Source: Flectonema sp. DT1601 (taxonomy: Eukaryota). From it: a stretch of DNA of 64,000 bases. Both the position numbers and the translations under genes were made by a program. Of the stretch, positions 46,834-60,692 are shown one piece after another (the first letter of the stretch is position 1; each line of letters starts with the position of its first letter). Below the pieces are notes generated by a model. The model was given only the letters and a program-made list of their open reading frames with translations, was not told the origin of the DNA and did no database searches. The stretch lies in NCBI GenBank assembly GCA_964019425.1, contig OZ025797.1, positions 1,054,001 through 1,118,000 on the forward strand. The letters are read 5' to 3'.

Positions 46834-47772
46834 GGAAAAAAAAAAAAAAAAAAAAAAAATTAAACCCACATTTTGCCTAAGCAGGTGGGTTGATTGTTTA
46901 TATAAATATAAATATCATCGTGTATCAAAAAAGTAACTAACAATTAGTAATTTATGATACAATACTTATATATTTATAGTGACTACGGTGGGGGGGGGGG
47001 GGGGGGCTACCTACGAAAAAAAAAAAAAAAAAAAAGGAAACGCCACTTCTTGATCTCATCTACGTGTTTTTTTTTTTATAATGTAATGTGTTTAGAATAG
47101 AGAGGAAACTAAAAATAAAAAAATAAAATAAAAAATGACATCAAACGATGTCGTAATTTGGAAGGTAACTTGAAATTTCTTTATTATCAGAGAAACAATA
47201 AAGGGGAAAAAAATGGAAGAGGGTGAGGGAGGAAAAAAGAAAACACGTTTGATGAGATCCGCAGGAGCTGAAAAAGAGTGGTTTTTTTTTTTTCTTTTTC
47301 TTTTTTTTAGAATATTTGTTGTTATGTGAGTTTTAAGGGTTAAGGAAGAAAACAAAGGATAAACAAAATGGGACACTGAGCAAAGGCCGCGCCGAGCCCC
47401 CTATTCAGTGGGAAGTTAGATGAATTGATCTACACTAGCAACATAAGGATAGAGAGAACTGACTAGCACAAGGTGTGGGAAAGATAACGGCACTTTCAAT
47501 TACCGCAAAAAAAAGACTTCCCACTTACCCGCCAAGCCAAAAAGAAAAAAACTTCCCCCTCACCCTAGGAACCCCACACCTTTTTTTATAGCCCAGTTGT
47601 ACTTTTTTATATTCTCTTTTTTCCTCTTTACTTTTTAATGTAGATCAGCGCAATAAGTTGCAAAGGATAAATACTGCAAACACAGAAATGCCTCGGGGGG
47701 AAAGCAAAAAAAGAACGGTGGACAGTAGTCCACTAAGGTGATGAATAATATGGACTATATACCTCACACAAC

Positions 47773-47804
<32 letters not shown>

Positions 47805-48485
47805 CTCCTTTTCTTCACCAGTCTACAAAATCAAAAAAGAATGAATGGGTAGAACTGCGTAAAATACCTACGTCCACTGCAAACAACTACGGGCTGACAA
47901 AATATCGAGTACCCGTAATGTGGTAAGGGTTCTTCCCATTTCGTACTGAAAACTGAATACTGGATGTTTGTTTTGTTTTTTTTTCGTTCTTTTTTTATTT
48001 TTTTTTTTTTTTGAAAAAGATAAAAAAATGTGAGTTGGAGACCGACTCAAATCTGACTTCTTTTTTTTTTTTTTTTTTTCTTTCCTGTATTTGCTTTTTG
48101 CAAGTTCAGTTATATAAAGCCGACCTCCTCTTTTCTCATTTAAATAATTTAATAATTTAATTATTTTTACTTAAATAAAACACTCTAGTAGTATGAAGAA
48201 GGAAAAAAAAAAAAAAAAAAAAAAAACGGGATCGAGAGTGTGTGATAAAGAAAACTGAGCATATAACGGGTTTAAAGATTCCAACCAAGAACCTTGCTGA
48301 TGTTTTACAACAACCAACTATCGTAAATGGCACCTTTTCGAATATTGGTCACTGTGCTAGTTTAGCGTACGGTTATTAACAGAAGGAATTCTAAACACCC
48401 AAAGTTGTGGTGGGTTTTTGAAAAAAACAAATGGAAAAAAGAAAATGCTTGCTATTGGAGAACTAATTTTTTCGTGTCCATTTTT

Positions 48486-48518
<33 letters not shown>

Positions 48519-49159
48519 TTTCTCTCCCGTTTGACTCTGTTTTTTTTTTTTTCTTCTTTCAGATTTACATTATGCTTGTCTTTTTGCACTCCTTGTCATT
48601 TTTTTTTTTTTTTGAAAAAAAAAAGTTCCTAGCAGCATCAACATTAGTAGAAGCGTACTGGCTCCATCCATCACCTTTTCAATAGAAAACAGCAAAGGAA
48701 GTAAATCTTAATTTAAAAAATCAGAACGGAGGGGAAACAGAAAAAAAAAAAAAAAAAAGAAGGGGAAAAAATGGGGAAAATAGTCAAAAGCATGCATTAT
48801 GTATCGGGTAGTGCAATGCGACAGCTACCAAGTATTTTTAAGGAACAATTAAAAGGAAAAAAGAAAAGAGGGGAAATAGTGGAAGGGAAAACAAGTTTGT
48901 TCTCTTCTGCTTTTTATTTTATTTTTTTTTTTTAACCCTGCCTTAGTCCCCAACATTGAGAAGGAAAAGGGGAAAACAAAACAAAAAAAACCGAGGGGAA
49001 AAAAAAGAAATTCTTAATTTAATTCATAGTTTTTTTTTTTTTTTTTTTTTTTTTCCCTTCTATCTTCACATTCAACAAAAGGGAGGGTAGACTAACTTTA
49101 AAATAAATAAAAAAAAAGAGAAAAGCTGGAAAAATGGTCCTAAAAACAGGGGAAAGAGG

Positions 49160-49192
<33 letters not shown>

Positions 49193-49665
49193 TGACTAAT
49201 CAACTGACACAAAGAGAATTAATTCCCCAAGTCAGTTTCTGTACCGCGAGAAGCAAAGTAAGCAAATAACTCCGAAAATTGTTTGCAGAAAGCACTAAAG
49301 CGACGGTTTCTCAAACAACCTTCCCGTTGGGAAATAAGGAGTGTTGCTATAAGTATCATTTTGGTTGATAAAATAAAATAAAACGCAGAATAGATAACGG
49401 TGAGGGGAAAGGGATAAAAGAAATAACAAAATGAGTATTGCTGTATTGTACCGCGAAAACAAAAAAGACGGCAACTTTTTTTTTTTTTTTTTTTTAAAAA
49501 TAAAATGAAATTAAAAATAAACGGTTACTACGTATTTCTTGTGATAAATTTTACCTTGGGAGGGGATTCAGAATATGAGTAAGTAAAAAATTTAAAGAAA
49601 ATTCTTTCCCTCCTTTTCTTATCATCCTACCCCGAAGGGGAAAAGGATGTAAAGAGCTAAGAAAA

Positions 49666-49698
<33 letters not shown>

Positions 49699-49901
49699 AA
49701 CAGGGTCAAACCCAAACTATATAATCCGACAGTGAAAACTGTACGGGAAAAAAAAAAAAGAAGAAAAAATAAAAATAAAATAGATATAACTATTTTTCTC
49801 ACCAGCAGTTGTGTAAATACTGATGATGTAAGACGCTCTGTCAATGATATTGTATGTAAGGGAGGGAAGAAATCGCATGAAATGGGATGTAAGTAATATT
49901 A

Positions 49902-52900
49902 TCACAGAAGAAATACTTCTTTGTGAAATGCGATTCTATTCCTGTGAGCGATTACTTCTACATCCTTGATCATTCCCCCCGGACCACAGGCAAAGATGGC
50001 TGACTTTCCGTGGGCTGCTCCTAGGACTTCACTCCAGTTTGGCCTTGCGTTAATGATTTTAAATGTCGTTGGACCCGATTCGAGATCACAAGTGAATGAT
50101 GCCTCTGAAGAAGGGTTAGTTGACGTGTCGTAGAATCTCCATTCAATTTCAACAGCAGACTTGTCACTTGGATCGGTTGACATTATTGCTGAGAGATCCT
50201 TATAGAAAGCATTAAATACACTTGATCCTCTAGCAGTCCATACTAGTGTTACTTTCTGTAACTTTCCTAAGTTAGTCTTCTTACTGGAGCTTACAAAGTC
50301 AAGGAAGGACAACGCAGGGGTCACACCAACTCCTCCAGTACATAAGTAGATGTTCTCATAATTCTGCCAACTGAATGATGGTCTTCCCCATGGTCCTTGA
50401 ATCTGAATGCTGTTAGCAGTAGTTACACCATACATTCCTGACCATTGATTATGACCCATGTTCTTAACGTGTAGGTTAAACATCGTCTCTTTGTCAACAA
50501 TGTCAGAAGGTCTGCTGCTAAGAGACAACGGATGCCATTCCTGCGCTGCTGCACCATGTCCACCAATCTTAACCAATACCCACTGAAACGGTTCAAATCT
50601 AAATCCTGACTTTGCGATTCTCAATCTCGTGATACCTGCCTCTCCTGAGAATGTAACATCAACAAGCCTGGCTCCAGTAGAGAAGATGTTCCTTGCGTAC
50701 AAGTCGATGACGTAAAGGATAAGTGGGATTCCAGAGTAGATCATTAATGATGGGTAATGAATCCAAGCCATTGGATACAATACAGCGTACAGACAGTGAA
50801 TAGTTACGAATAGGTTCCACTGTTGTCTTCTCAAAAAGACAGCTGTTACTCCCATACAACACATACATAACCATGCGATAAAACCTGCTGCTGGTGGTCC
50901 GTGAGGGTATCCAATTTCCCATCTCAGAATGCGGTTGAGTCCCTGCTTAATTGCCTCACCTGATGATAATCCATTAAAGTACGATTGGGTTGAGTAGTTT
51001 GGAGTACCATTTGCGAAGTACTGAGCGTGGCTGATCCACATTCCAAGACCGTGAGCAGTCATAAATATCCAAATCCAAAGTCCTAACTTCTTGTGGAACT
51101 TTAACGCACGTTCGAAAGGAATTCCGAAAGACCAAAGTAATACGGAGTTTCTAGAAACTGGGAACAGTTGAAGTACCAACATCCCTGCTACTGCTCCTCC
51201 GAATCCACGTGGAACCTTACCAACAAGGTTATTAATAAGTGCGTGGTTGTGAACATATGCGAAAGACAAAGCAATCCAACCTAATATCCACATTGAAACA
51301 CAAAGTTCTGCCCAAGTTGTTCGTAGTGGAACTGGACTGTAGAAGTCGATGTAGTGAGCGGCAGATCCAGGAATTGGACACAAGTGTTTCTGATGGCTAT
51401 TCTTCAAAACAAATCCTACTATAGCCATCACACAGAATATTCCTACCCAAGAAGCTAACAGGAAGGCGATAGTGTCACCGTTCGATCCTCTCCATTCGAA
51501 GTAAATCATTCCACCTCTTTGGTGCGATTCAGTACCAATCATCTTAGACCAGACGTAGTACGGCTGAAGACCGTTACATCCATCATGGGTTGCACAACCT
51601 TGGCCGTCAATGACTCCGTACTTTGGTTCCCATCTTGAGTTTGATCTCGGAGCTGGCGCACCGTCTCCGTTGGTACCGTCACCCCCATCAGTGGTGCCAT
51701 CAGCACCATCAGTGGTACCGTCAGCGCCATCGGTGGTGGCAGCACCGCCGTCAGCGGCACCATCGCCTCCAGTAGCGGCGTCTCCTGTGGTAGCATCTCC
51801 AGTGGCAGCATCGCCAGCGTTACCATCGGCACCATCCGCAAGTACGTGAGAGTAACGAGCGTCTGCATCTGCGTCTGCAGCTGCGTCTGCATCCGCATTC
51901 GTATTCGCATCAGCATCAGCGCCTTGGTTAGCTGTTTCAGTACCTTCTTTGATAACAACCAGCTTTGGGTTTACTACCAAATTGTAACCAACTTGTTTTC
52001 CCTCATTAGTAATCGCACCCACAGCGTTGTCAAGGTTTAATTTTAAATTAACGGAATCTTTGATTGTCAACTCAACGAGGATTGCTCCAGCTGGGAAACC
52101 CCCTGGCACAGTCGAGATTGGTGGTAAGGGGGAACCATAACGAGTGAGGGTTGTTACTTTGTCACATCCCAAGAGGTGAGTGTTGTCAATGATACAAAGT
52201 CTTGTTGTGTAAACATGTAAGCGGGACGTATGGGAAGGAAGTTTGGTTTTACCAGAACCACCAGTGCCATCAGTACCGTCGGTGCCGTCGGTACCGTCAG
52301 CAGCGCCATCAGCACCGGCACCATCAGCTCCATTGGTGCCGTCAGTTCCGTCAGTTCCGTCAGTTCCAGCAGCGTCATTGCCATAAGAATGTGCAACAGT
52401 CTTCGGAACCATAATGTGACTGTACAGAGAGTCCTCTGCAGACCTCAGGAACTTATCTAAATTGGCGTCGTTCGTAATAAACCCAAAGTCACAAGTAATT
52501 CCATAATTCACAGAGTAGACGTACTCCATAAATGGACTCTCAAGTACGACGACATCTGAAGTTACAACAAAACCGTCCAGGGAGGTGCCGACAACAACCT
52601 TTGTAGTCGCATCTGTTGCTGCGGCTTCAGCTGTTTGAGAGTCTACCGAGCGAAGTGTGATTTCGATATACATCTCTGTGACGGAATCGGTATTGCCGCC
52701 GTCGCCTCCGTCATTTCCACCATCGTCACCAGCGGCGCCGTCGTTGCCTGCAGCACCATCGTCACCAGTGGCGCCGTCATTTCCAGTAGCTCCGTCAGCA
52801 CCAGTAGCTCCGTCGGCACCGGCAGCTCCATCGGCACCGGCAGCTCCATCGGCACCGGTAGCTCCATCGGCACCGGCAGCTCCATCGGCACCGGTAGCTC

Positions 52901-54032
52901 CATCGGCACCGGCAGCTCCGTCAGCGGTTGCTCCGGCGTCATCACCACCATCCGTTCCGTAGTTGTGCGCAGTGCTTTTTGTGTCTGCACTCATCTGATT
53001 GTTGTTGACTTCCTTACAGTTCGTTCCGAGAGTTTTACCTGGACAAACCCTAGTAATAGTGGCAACAATGACCTTCTGTTGGGTGGCATCACCATCAGTA
53101 GTAGATAGCTTAGCAGTAAAAGCAGAAGTAATTGTAGAGAATGAGTCAATAGAAGTTGCCTGCATGTATGACAGACCCTGTGGAAGTTTAATCGAAAATG
53201 CAACAGTTCCAGATGGTGAACTCTGTGGAAGTGAAGTAATCTCTGGAGGAGTCAATACAACAATTCCTCCAATGGCTGGTGTCGCAACGAGGGAAGAAAC
53301 GATGGAGGCAGCGACTTGCACTGAGATCTGACCGATCTCAGAGGAGATGCGAATCTTGACGTAAGAAGAGCCAGAAGTTGTGAAAGCCTGCAGGGCATTC
53401 GTGCTACCACCAGTATTAGCGTCAGCATCTGCATTGGCGTCGGCATCCGCGTTGGCGTTAGCATCGGCGTCGGCGTCGGCGTTTGCGTCAGCATCAGCAT
53501 CAGCATCACCAGTAGTAGGGCTAACACTTCGTGATAGTATGGTAGCACGATCAATGCACGGACCTGATTTGCTTGCGCAGAGAGCTGACATGACAATGAG
53601 CGGTTTAACGTGTGAAGATGTGGCTGTAGTTGGGGGAGTACTTCCATCTCCAGTATTGGCAGCGGCGTCATCTCCAGTGTTGGCAGCGGCGTCATCTCCA
53701 GTGTTGGCAGTGTTGGTGTCACCAGTGTTATCGCCAGCACCATCACTCAAGACTGAGATCTCTCTGGAATTCCAACCCGGTAAGAGTTTATTTAACTCAG
53801 CTGTTATTAACTGATCGAGTTCCTTAAGAGCTACAGGACTTGATGTAATCGAGTAGTTAACCTGCATAGAGATACCCAATGTAGCACTTTCATCACCAGG
53901 GACGCTTGCTGGAGGTGATCCGCCTCCGCCACCTCCTCCGTCGCTTCCAACCTGTTCAACTCTGGTCACCCCAGAGATGAACATTCCTATCCAGAATATT
54001 AACATACATGTTCCGGCTAATAGTTTAAACAT
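49902..54032 (-). CDS. Ferric reductase (FRE/NOX family) with ~760-aa ectodomain of three SEA-like modules and Gly/Asp/Ala repeats (1376 aa)
   Basis: KFHKKLG..TAHG and IHCLY..WIHY heme His pairs; [26 protein letters not shown]. Confidence 0.92.
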   Translation of the reverse strand: MFKLLAGTCMLIFWIGMFISGVTRVEQVGSDGGGGGGGSPPASVPGDESATLGISMQVNYSITSSPVALKELDQLITAELNKLLPGWNSREISVLSDGAGDNTGDTNTANTGDDAAANTGDDAAANTGDGSTPPTTATSSHVKPLIVMSALCASKSGPCIDRATILSRSVSPTTGDADADADANADADADANANADADANADADANTGGSTNALQAFTTSGSSYVKIRISSEIGQISVQVAASIVSSLVATPAIGGIVVLTPPEITSLPQSSPSGTVAFSIKLPQGLSYMQATSIDSFSTITSAFTAKLSTTDGDATQQKVIVATITRVCPGKTLGTNCKEVNNNQMSADTKSTAHNYGTDGGDDAGATADGAAGADGATGADGAAGADGATGADGAAGADGAAGADGATGADGATGNDGATGDDGAAGNDGAAGDDGGNDGGDGGNTDSVTEMYIEITLRSVDSQTAEAAATDATTKVVVGTSLDGFVVTSDVVVLESPFMEYVYSVNYGITCDFGFITNDANLDKFLRSAEDSLYSHIMVPKTVAHSYGNDAAGTDGTDGTDGTNGADGAGADGAADGTDGTDGTDGTGGSGKTKLPSHTSRLHVYTTRLCIIDNTHLLGCDKVTTLTRYGSPLPPISTVPGGFPAGAILVELTIKDSVNLKLNLDNAVGAITNEGKQVGYNLVVNPKLVVIKEGTETANQGADADANTNADADAAADADADARYSHVLADGADGNAGDAATGDATTGDAATGGDGAADGGAATTDGADGTTDGADGTTDGGDGTNGDGAPAPRSNSRWEPKYGVIDGQGCATHDGCNGLQPYYVWSKMIGTESHQRGGMIYFEWRGSNGDTIAFLLASWVGIFCVMAIVGFVLKNSHQKHLCPIPGSAAHYIDFYSPVPLRTTWAELCVSMWILGWIALSFAYVHNHALINNLVGKVPRGFGGAVAGMLVLQLFPVSRNSVLLWSFGIPFERALKFHKKLGLWIWIFMTAHGLGMWISHAQYFANGTPNYSTQSYFNGLSSGEAIKQGLNRILRWEIGYPHGPPAAGFIAWLCMCCMGVTAVFLRRQQWNLFVTIHCLYAVLYPMAWIHYPSLMIYSGIPLILYVIDLYARNIFSTGARLVDVTFSGEAGITRLRIAKSGFRFEPFQWVLVKIGGHGAAAQEWHPLSLSSRPSDIVDKETMFNLHVKNMGHNQWSGMYGVTTANSIQIQGPWGRPSFSWQNYENIYLCTGGVGVTPALSFLDFVSSSKKTNLGKLQKVTLVWTARGSSVFNAFYKDLSAIMSTDPSDKSAVEIEWRFYDTSTNPSSEASFTCDLESGPTTFKIINARPNWSEVLGAAHGKSAIFACGPGGMIKDVEVIAHRNRIAFHKEVFLL

Positions 54033-54055
54033 TTTTGTGAACTTTAGCGGTTCAG

Positions 54056-54181
54056 CTGAAATTGAAAAAAAAAAAAAAAAGAAAATAATAATAATAATAA
54101 TAATTAAATCTAAGCATACATAATTAAGAACAGAACAGGGCTAATAATAAAAATAAACCTGACTAAAACATCTTCACCTAC
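54056..54181 (-). other. Possible 5'-UTR cis-intron of the long ferric reductase gene
   Basis: AAG|GTAGGT donor; poly-T tract and TTTCAG acceptor 24 nt before ATG. Confidence 0.4.
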
Positions 54182-57100
54182 CTTGCCGAAGATAAAAAAG
54201 ATGTGAAACACCACAGCTCGATTGGTTAGCAGCACTGCTCAGAAGAGATGGGGGGATACGACGCTCTATTTATAATTATCTGCCATGTAAAAGTAACATA
54301 AATTTACTTTATACGAAATCAGTAATAAGCAACAGCAAGCGAAAGTAACCCGCTGGGGAAAAAAAAGAAAACAGGAAGGGAGGTTGTGAGTGATTTAAGA
54401 ATAAAACTGGGTAGTAGGGAAAATATTTCAACCCCTATTTTTTTTTTTTTTTTTTTTTTTTATTACATGTAACAACAGTTAGAATATGCCTTCCCCCTTT
54501 TTTTTTTTTTTTTTTTTGTTATTCTGTCTTTTTTTTCTTTTCTTTATTTTTTTTTTTTAAACTGTATTTTTTTTTCTTAAATCCCCCCTGTAATTTACTA
54601 ATCCGGGTGCCATTTCTCAACCTTCTTGTTCTTTACAAAAAACGACAAAAAAAAACGGCAAGGGAAAAAAAAAAAAAAAGAAGAAAAAAAAACAGAGGAG
54701 AAGGAAATTACAAATATAAGGGAAAAGAAGGATTACCGCGAAAGCGATAACTCAATCCAACTAAAAAAGTGTGTTCTGAAAAGTGGAGAGGCAAATACAA
54801 GGTGAGTGGATGGTAAAAAAAGAAGAAGAAAAAAAAACTACCACAATGTGAATTTCAAATATTTCGTTGAATTAATTTGGTCACTACACCCAATGCGTAC
54901 TGAGTGACGCCAAAAGCAAGTCTGCAGCCGGCACTTAACTTGCTATGTGGATATCAAAGGGTTTCTTTTTTTTTTTTCTTTTTCCTCCTTCCATCAAAAA
55001 AAAAAAAAAAAAAAAAAAAAGGGGGATGCTATCAGAGAGGTAAAAAAGTAGGGAAAACAAAATAAAATAAACAACAATTAAACACAGCTTTCCTCTAGAT
55101 TCACGAGTTATGTGTGCAATTAAACCAACAATATCAATATAGAAAAAGGCAACCAGCTCCTCCGTTGTGGCAGCAGTTTTGGTTGCTGGTGTGACTGTTT
55201 TTTTTCTTGTTTTTTTTTTTTTTAATTTTTTTTTTTTTTTTTCCCCTTTTGTGCCTCATCTGTGCATATAAGTCATGTATAAAAAAAAAATATAAAATTT
55301 AGAAAAAAAGACAAAAAAGAAAAATCACCAACAATCATTTTATCCTTCTTTTTTTTTTTTTTTTTTTTTTTTTGCAGAAGGGATCGCTGCCACAAGTGTA
55401 CCTCACTGGTTTGAGATGTATAAAAAAAGCTAGTTAATTAAAGCTGCATATGAGTACAAAGCATAAACGCCCAATTTGGTTTTTAGAGACGCACTGACTG
55501 TGCTAGAGCGGTATATTTATCCGAATTGCAGACGTCCTTACCTGTTAATTATTGCTTTCCTGGGAGGGAAAAAAAAAGAATGAAAAAAAAAGAGAAGAAA
55601 AAAAGGGATGTGAAATGTGAAAATAACTTTGTTAATAGTTAGAGGGTTAAAAGGGAAAAAAAAAAAAAAAAAAAAAGTAAAAAAAAAAGTAAAAAAGTAA
55701 AAGTGATTATTATTATATTAATAGCTAATTATTTTCTGATTTATATCGGACCAGGCAGATAGGCCAGGAAAGAATAAAAGATAAAATGGAAAATCGCAGG
55801 CGGAGAAACACCCACATGTTCTCTGATTGGTGCAAACGTGTATATCGCACACTCAGAGATGGTGCCGGGGATTATTCATCAATCCGAGTGCCAGTGAAAG
55901 CTTACAATATTTTTTGTTGTTTGTTCTTGAAAAGAGAATAAGAAAGTAAAAAAAAAAAAAATTGGCAACTTAGAAAAATGAAGGATTGGAAGAAAACAAA
56001 AAAATATATGCAGTGACGGTTTCACAACACACGAGGTAATATAACACCCCCCGCTATGGAGAACACGTTTTTAGCATTTTGCGCATTTTTTTTTACCCAA
56101 AAAGAAAAGTTAATTTTAATTCAAAAAAAAAAATGCGCAAAAAAAAAAAAAAAAAAAAAAAACCCCCCCTTTTGAGAAGTAATAAAAAACCTCACGGGAA
56201 TTGTGTTTAATAATTGAAAAGTAAAAAAGAAGAAAAGAAAAAAGAAAAAAAGCAGCATTCACACAAATACACTCGTCCTTTGTGGTCTGCCATCCATAGA
56301 ACACAATTAACTTTTTTCTTAACTTAATCCAATATAAAAAAAAGTGCGGTATTACACAATGTCCCAAATAAATGATCGACATTGCAACAACCTCCTACAG
56401 TCCAGTCCCAGAACCTGATGAACTAGTTCTGTGAAATAGCAAGATCCTTTTTTTTTTTTTTTTTTTTTCTTCTTTGTTCATACAAAAAAGAAAAACATCA
56501 TTGTATCGAGCACTAGTAAGTTTTTTCCCAATGCAGTACAAAAGTTTTTCTTTTTTGTTGTTGGTTACTGAAAAAAAAAGACTGGAAAATAAAATTTAAA
56601 AAAAAAATCAAAAAGCCTAACGCAGATTCAAGGAGCAGTTAGAGGGAAACTTTTTCAAGCACGACACAGAGAAGTACATCGAGAAGTCTGTCTTGTTAGT
56701 TCAGTTACCCCTCAGTGACCCGCTGCTTACAGTTACTTAGCAGGCTCCGTCTGTAAATACCAGCAGCCACTAACAGCTCCACCATGGAATTCAATACAAA
56801 ATGAAGGGAATCTTAAACGCGTGGGTCAGACATCTTGTTTTTTGTTTTCTTATGTTTTAATGTCTCCAAAAAAAAGAAAACTCCAACGTCGAGCAAGCGG
56901 GAAAAGAACTCATAAAATAACATATCCCAGTTAAAGAGAGGCAACCGAATTGAAGCTGCAAAAAAAAAAAAAGGAAAATCAAACATAGAAAAGAGTATTA
57001 TATCGTGCACAAGATATCTGATGTGCGTAAAGAAAAAAAAGAAAGGGATTTGGGAAGAGGACATAAATAAAAATAAGAAGAAACCACTTAAACGACAACA

Positions 57101-57337
57101 CGTACTATGTATGTATGTATGTGTATATGTATGTTGGATTCGCTTGCCTGCGAGCGAACACAAAGATGTGCGAAACCAATACGTTATGCTGTCACTCTTT
57201 TCTTCTTTTTTTACTTAAGATGCAACAATGCTTGTTGTATATTGAACTATTTAAAAAGAAAAAAATGAACTTTTGAGAAGGGGAAGAGTATGGGGAAATT
57301 GGTCTTTATTCAATTCATAGCGAAAATGTACAACCAT

Positions 57338-59503
57338 TTACAACTCAAAGACTTCCTTGTGGAGTGGAACATTGTTAGCAACTGCGGCCTTCTCAACATC
57401 ATAGATCAATGCACCAGGTCCACATGCAAATACTGCCGATCCAGGCTGGGCATGGTCAAGAACAGCACCCCAGTTTGGTCTTCCAAACATAGTTGGAAAT
57501 GGAATATCTGAGTAGTAGTCCGATGCAGGCTCCTTTTGTGGGAAGTTTGCATTGTTAAGTGGGTTCTCATAGTGGCTCTGACTTGTGTAGTAAGAAGAAG
57601 AATCTCTGCTGTTTATCACCGATGCCTCACTGGCAGAAGTGTTGTGAAGCTGCCACTCAATTCCATTTACGTGAGAAAGAGCGCGAAGTTCCTTTGCGAA
57701 TGGTTCGTAACCAGCTTTGCCGCGGAATGCCCAAATCACAATAAGTCTGACGTTGTTGTTCTTAACGTACCTCTGTGAAGCGTGGAAGTCAATCAAACTT
57801 AATATTGCTGTGAATCCGATACCACCAGCGCAGAGATAGATTTCACTGCGGCCTTCCTTGTCGTACTCAACCATAGGGCGTCCGAATGGTCCCTGGCATG
57901 CGAATTTATCACCAACAGAGACCTGTCTTAAATCGTGTGTCCATTCACCTGGTCCCATATCTCTGATGTGCAGTGTGAAGGTTTCCTCTCTTGCAGTAGA
58001 AATAGAGAACGGATGCCATTCTTGTGCTCCCATGTCACCATTCTTCAAAGACACCCACTGGAATGGTTTTAATTCAGAGATACCCTTCTTGTGCAGAGTC
58101 AACTTTACTACATTACCAAAACGCTCAATTCCGAGAACTTCAGCACGGTTTTTGTGACTCTCGTAGTATCTGATAAGAACATCAACTGCATACAACAACA
58201 CTGGGATACCACTGAAGATCATTAGTGTTGGGTAATGGATCCACGCAAAGATATAAAGCACGGCATACAAAGTATGCAAAACAACAAAAATATTCCAATG
58301 AGAGCGACGAAGAAACGCTGCAGGCAAAACAACAAACAATGCTACGACCCAAGCAAGGAGTCCAGCAAGTGGAGGGCCGTGAGGATAACCGATCTCCCAT
58401 TTAATGATACGCTTGAGTCCTTCTTTTACTGCCTCAGATGTTGAATAGGTGTCGGTGTAGGTTTTGGTACTGTAGTTTGGACTTCCGTTGTCGAAGTACT
58501 GAACATGCGACAACCACATACCCAAACCATGAGCAGTCATAAAGATAAGAATCCAAAGTCCTAACTTCTTGTGGAACTTCAGGGCGCGTTCAAAAGGGAT
58601 TCCGAAAGCGAGAAGCAAAACACTTTTCCTCGCAACAGGGAAAAGCTGTAATGTGAGCATACCAGCTACAATACCACCGAGACCTCTTGGAACTTTACCA
58701 ACCAAGTTATTAATGTACGCGTGGTTGTATACGTACGCAAAACATAATCCTAACCATCCAAGAATCCAGATGCCGATGATTAGTTCCGCCCAAGTCGTAC
58801 GCAGTGGAATTGGAGCGTAAAAGTCAAGGTACCACAGTGGACTCTTTGCTTTTAGAGGTCCGCACAAAGGAAATTGGTGTGATTTCCGAAGAAAAATAGC
58901 TACAAACGCGATGAACAAGAATAGAGCAATCCACGAAAACAAAAGGGCCGCAATAATATCACCGGAATCTCCTCTCCACTCGAAGTAGATCATTCCTCCC
59001 TTTGTGTGTCTATTTCCGGGGACAAACTTAGTCCAAACGTAGTAAGGTTGCTCCGTACCGCGAGCGCAGCCAGTGCAACCTTGACCATCAATAACTCCGT
59101 ACTTTGGTCTCCAGACGCCACCATGGCCATCGCCACCATCGCCACCATCGCCACCATCGCCAGCTCCATCGGCTCCGTCTGCGCCACCTCCGTCATCTCC
59201 GTCAAGAGTTTGAATTCGGTGGCCATCACCGCCTGTATCCCCACCTGCGTCACCACCGCCTGCATGTCCGGCAGCATCTCCACCCGCATCGCCACCGCCT
59301 GCATGTCCGGCAGCATCTCCACCCGCATCGCCGTGGTTTCCGTCCGCGGCGTGTCCATCGGTGTCCCCGTGTCCGCCATCGCCGCCATCACCGCCATCAC
59401 CGCCGTCACCATCAGCACCGGCTAACTGTACTCTTGAAACCCCAGCAACGAATATCGTAATCCATGCTACTGACAGCAGCAATGCTGCTAACAACTTAAA
59501 CAT
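57338..59503 (-). CDS. Ferric reductase (FRE/NOX family) with Gly/Asp/His-rich N-terminal loop (721 aa)
   Basis: Heme His pairs, EWHPFSIS, GPFG, AGGIGFT, FACGP, HKEVFEL. Confidence 0.93.
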   Translation of the reverse strand: MFKLLAALLLSVAWITIFVAGVSRVQLAGADGDGGDGGDGGDGGHGDTDGHAADGNHGDAGGDAAGHAGGGDAGGDAAGHAGGGDAGGDTGGDGHRIQTLDGDDGGGADGADGAGDGGDGGDGGDGHGGVWRPKYGVIDGQGCTGCARGTEQPYYVWTKFVPGNRHTKGGMIYFEWRGDSGDIIAALLFSWIALFLFIAFVAIFLRKSHQFPLCGPLKAKSPLWYLDFYAPIPLRTTWAELIIGIWILGWLGLCFAYVYNHAYINNLVGKVPRGLGGIVAGMLTLQLFPVARKSVLLLAFGIPFERALKFHKKLGLWILIFMTAHGLGMWLSHVQYFDNGSPNYSTKTYTDTYSTSEAVKEGLKRIIKWEIGYPHGPPLAGLLAWVVALFVVLPAAFLRRSHWNIFVVLHTLYAVLYIFAWIHYPTLMIFSGIPVLLYAVDVLIRYYESHKNRAEVLGIERFGNVVKLTLHKKGISELKPFQWVSLKNGDMGAQEWHPFSISTAREETFTLHIRDMGPGEWTHDLRQVSVGDKFACQGPFGRPMVEYDKEGRSEIYLCAGGIGFTAILSLIDFHASQRYVKNNNVRLIVIWAFRGKAGYEPFAKELRALSHVNGIEWQLHNTSASEASVINSRDSSSYYTSQSHYENPLNNANFPQKEPASDYYSDIPFPTMFGRPNWGAVLDHAQPGSAVFACGPGALIYDVEKAAVANNVPLHKEVFEL

Positions 59504-60047
59504 ACTTGTTTGTTATCTGAAGACATAATGTAACCAATACAAGGAACCAAAACACATTCTGGAGTTTCCCACCACGTCTGCATCTTCTACCTATTCTGGG
59601 TCAGTTCTGCCCAAGCAGTTTCGAGATCGAATCTACTTACCCACCTCACGGTGTGCCATGCATCTTCTGGAGTACAAATAAGTAATCACAAATATATTTA
59701 TTTTATAGCACTGCAGCTTGAAGCCTTCACTCGTCGTACAGACTTATGTGAGCCACAAATGCTGAGAGGATAGGCGCAACTGTGTATATCGCACACTCAG
59801 AGATGGGTGTCGGGACGTCATCAATCCGAGTGCCAGTGAAAGCTTACAATTTTTTTTTTTTTTTTTTGAATAAGAAAATGTCAACTTAGAGAAAAATGTA
59901 GGGGGTTGGAAAACAAAAAAAATATGCAGTGACGGTTTCACAACACGAGGTAATAAACACCTCCCGCTATGGAGAACACGTTTTTAGCATTTTGCGCACT
60001 TTTTTTTACCTAAAAAAAAAAGTTAATTTTTATTTTAAAAAATGCGC

Positions 60048-60075
<28 letters not shown>

Positions 60076-60078
<3 letters not shown>

Positions 60079-60659
60079 AAAACCTCTAACTCCACACAAG
60101 GTTTTGCCTGATTCGCTGATTTCACCACAAAGTTTAACCGCCAATTCCAAAAAAAAAAAAAAAAACTGTGATATGAGGTGAGAGGCAAACATAGCAGGAG
60201 ATAGCCAAGAACACAAACGGTCAAGGATGTGCTGACTTGGGAAATGATAAAGTAATCATTTTTCTGAAACTTCTGCTGAGTACATGCACTTGTTTCTTGA
60301 CATGCAGGAACTCGGGCAGCACTGCGCTCTTGATAATTCAAGGTAGCCTTAAAAAAGCTCTCACGCCTGCATGAGTTAGATACCCTGATAACCCGATCAG
60401 AATCAGGAGTGTCGCATTGACCTTGAAACTCGGTTGGTACGACGTGTAAAAGAACCAGAGTTCTCTGTAAGGTGACCCAACCCTGCACACATACCGTACT
60501 CAGTAAAACTTTCAGGATGAGAACTAGTCTGTGATTTATGGAAAGTTTGAAGCCGGTTGAAAACATATTCAAACGTCATCAGTGGAGCTGGCGGTTTTTT
60601 CAAACTTTGCTCTGAAATTTACAATTTCGAAAGATGCTGTGCGGAATTCGGGATTTTCC

Positions 60660-60660
<1 letters not shown>
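60076..60660. mobile_element. Non-autonomous TIR element (MITE, Mutator-like), 585 bp
   Basis: Absent from the paralogous site (~56160); ~75-bp imperfect TIRs (GGGAAAACCTCTAACTCCACACA vs reverse complement GGGAAAATCCCGAATTCCGCACA); poly-A on both flanks. Confidence 0.8.

Positions 60661-60692
<32 letters not shown>

Noticed and set aside
44385..49905. Many 60-190 aa Phe/Lys-rich ORFs
   Set aside because: Translations of poly-A/T tracts without coding character
51539..59460. Antisense and alternative-frame ORFs over the ferric reductase repeats (e.g. His/Arg-rich 59104-59460)
   Set aside because: Shadows of stop-poor GC-rich codon repeats
60030..60572. Transposase remnant in the 180-aa ORF of the TIR element
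   Set aside because: No DDE or DNA-binding motif recognised; the ORF runs through the TIR into poly-T
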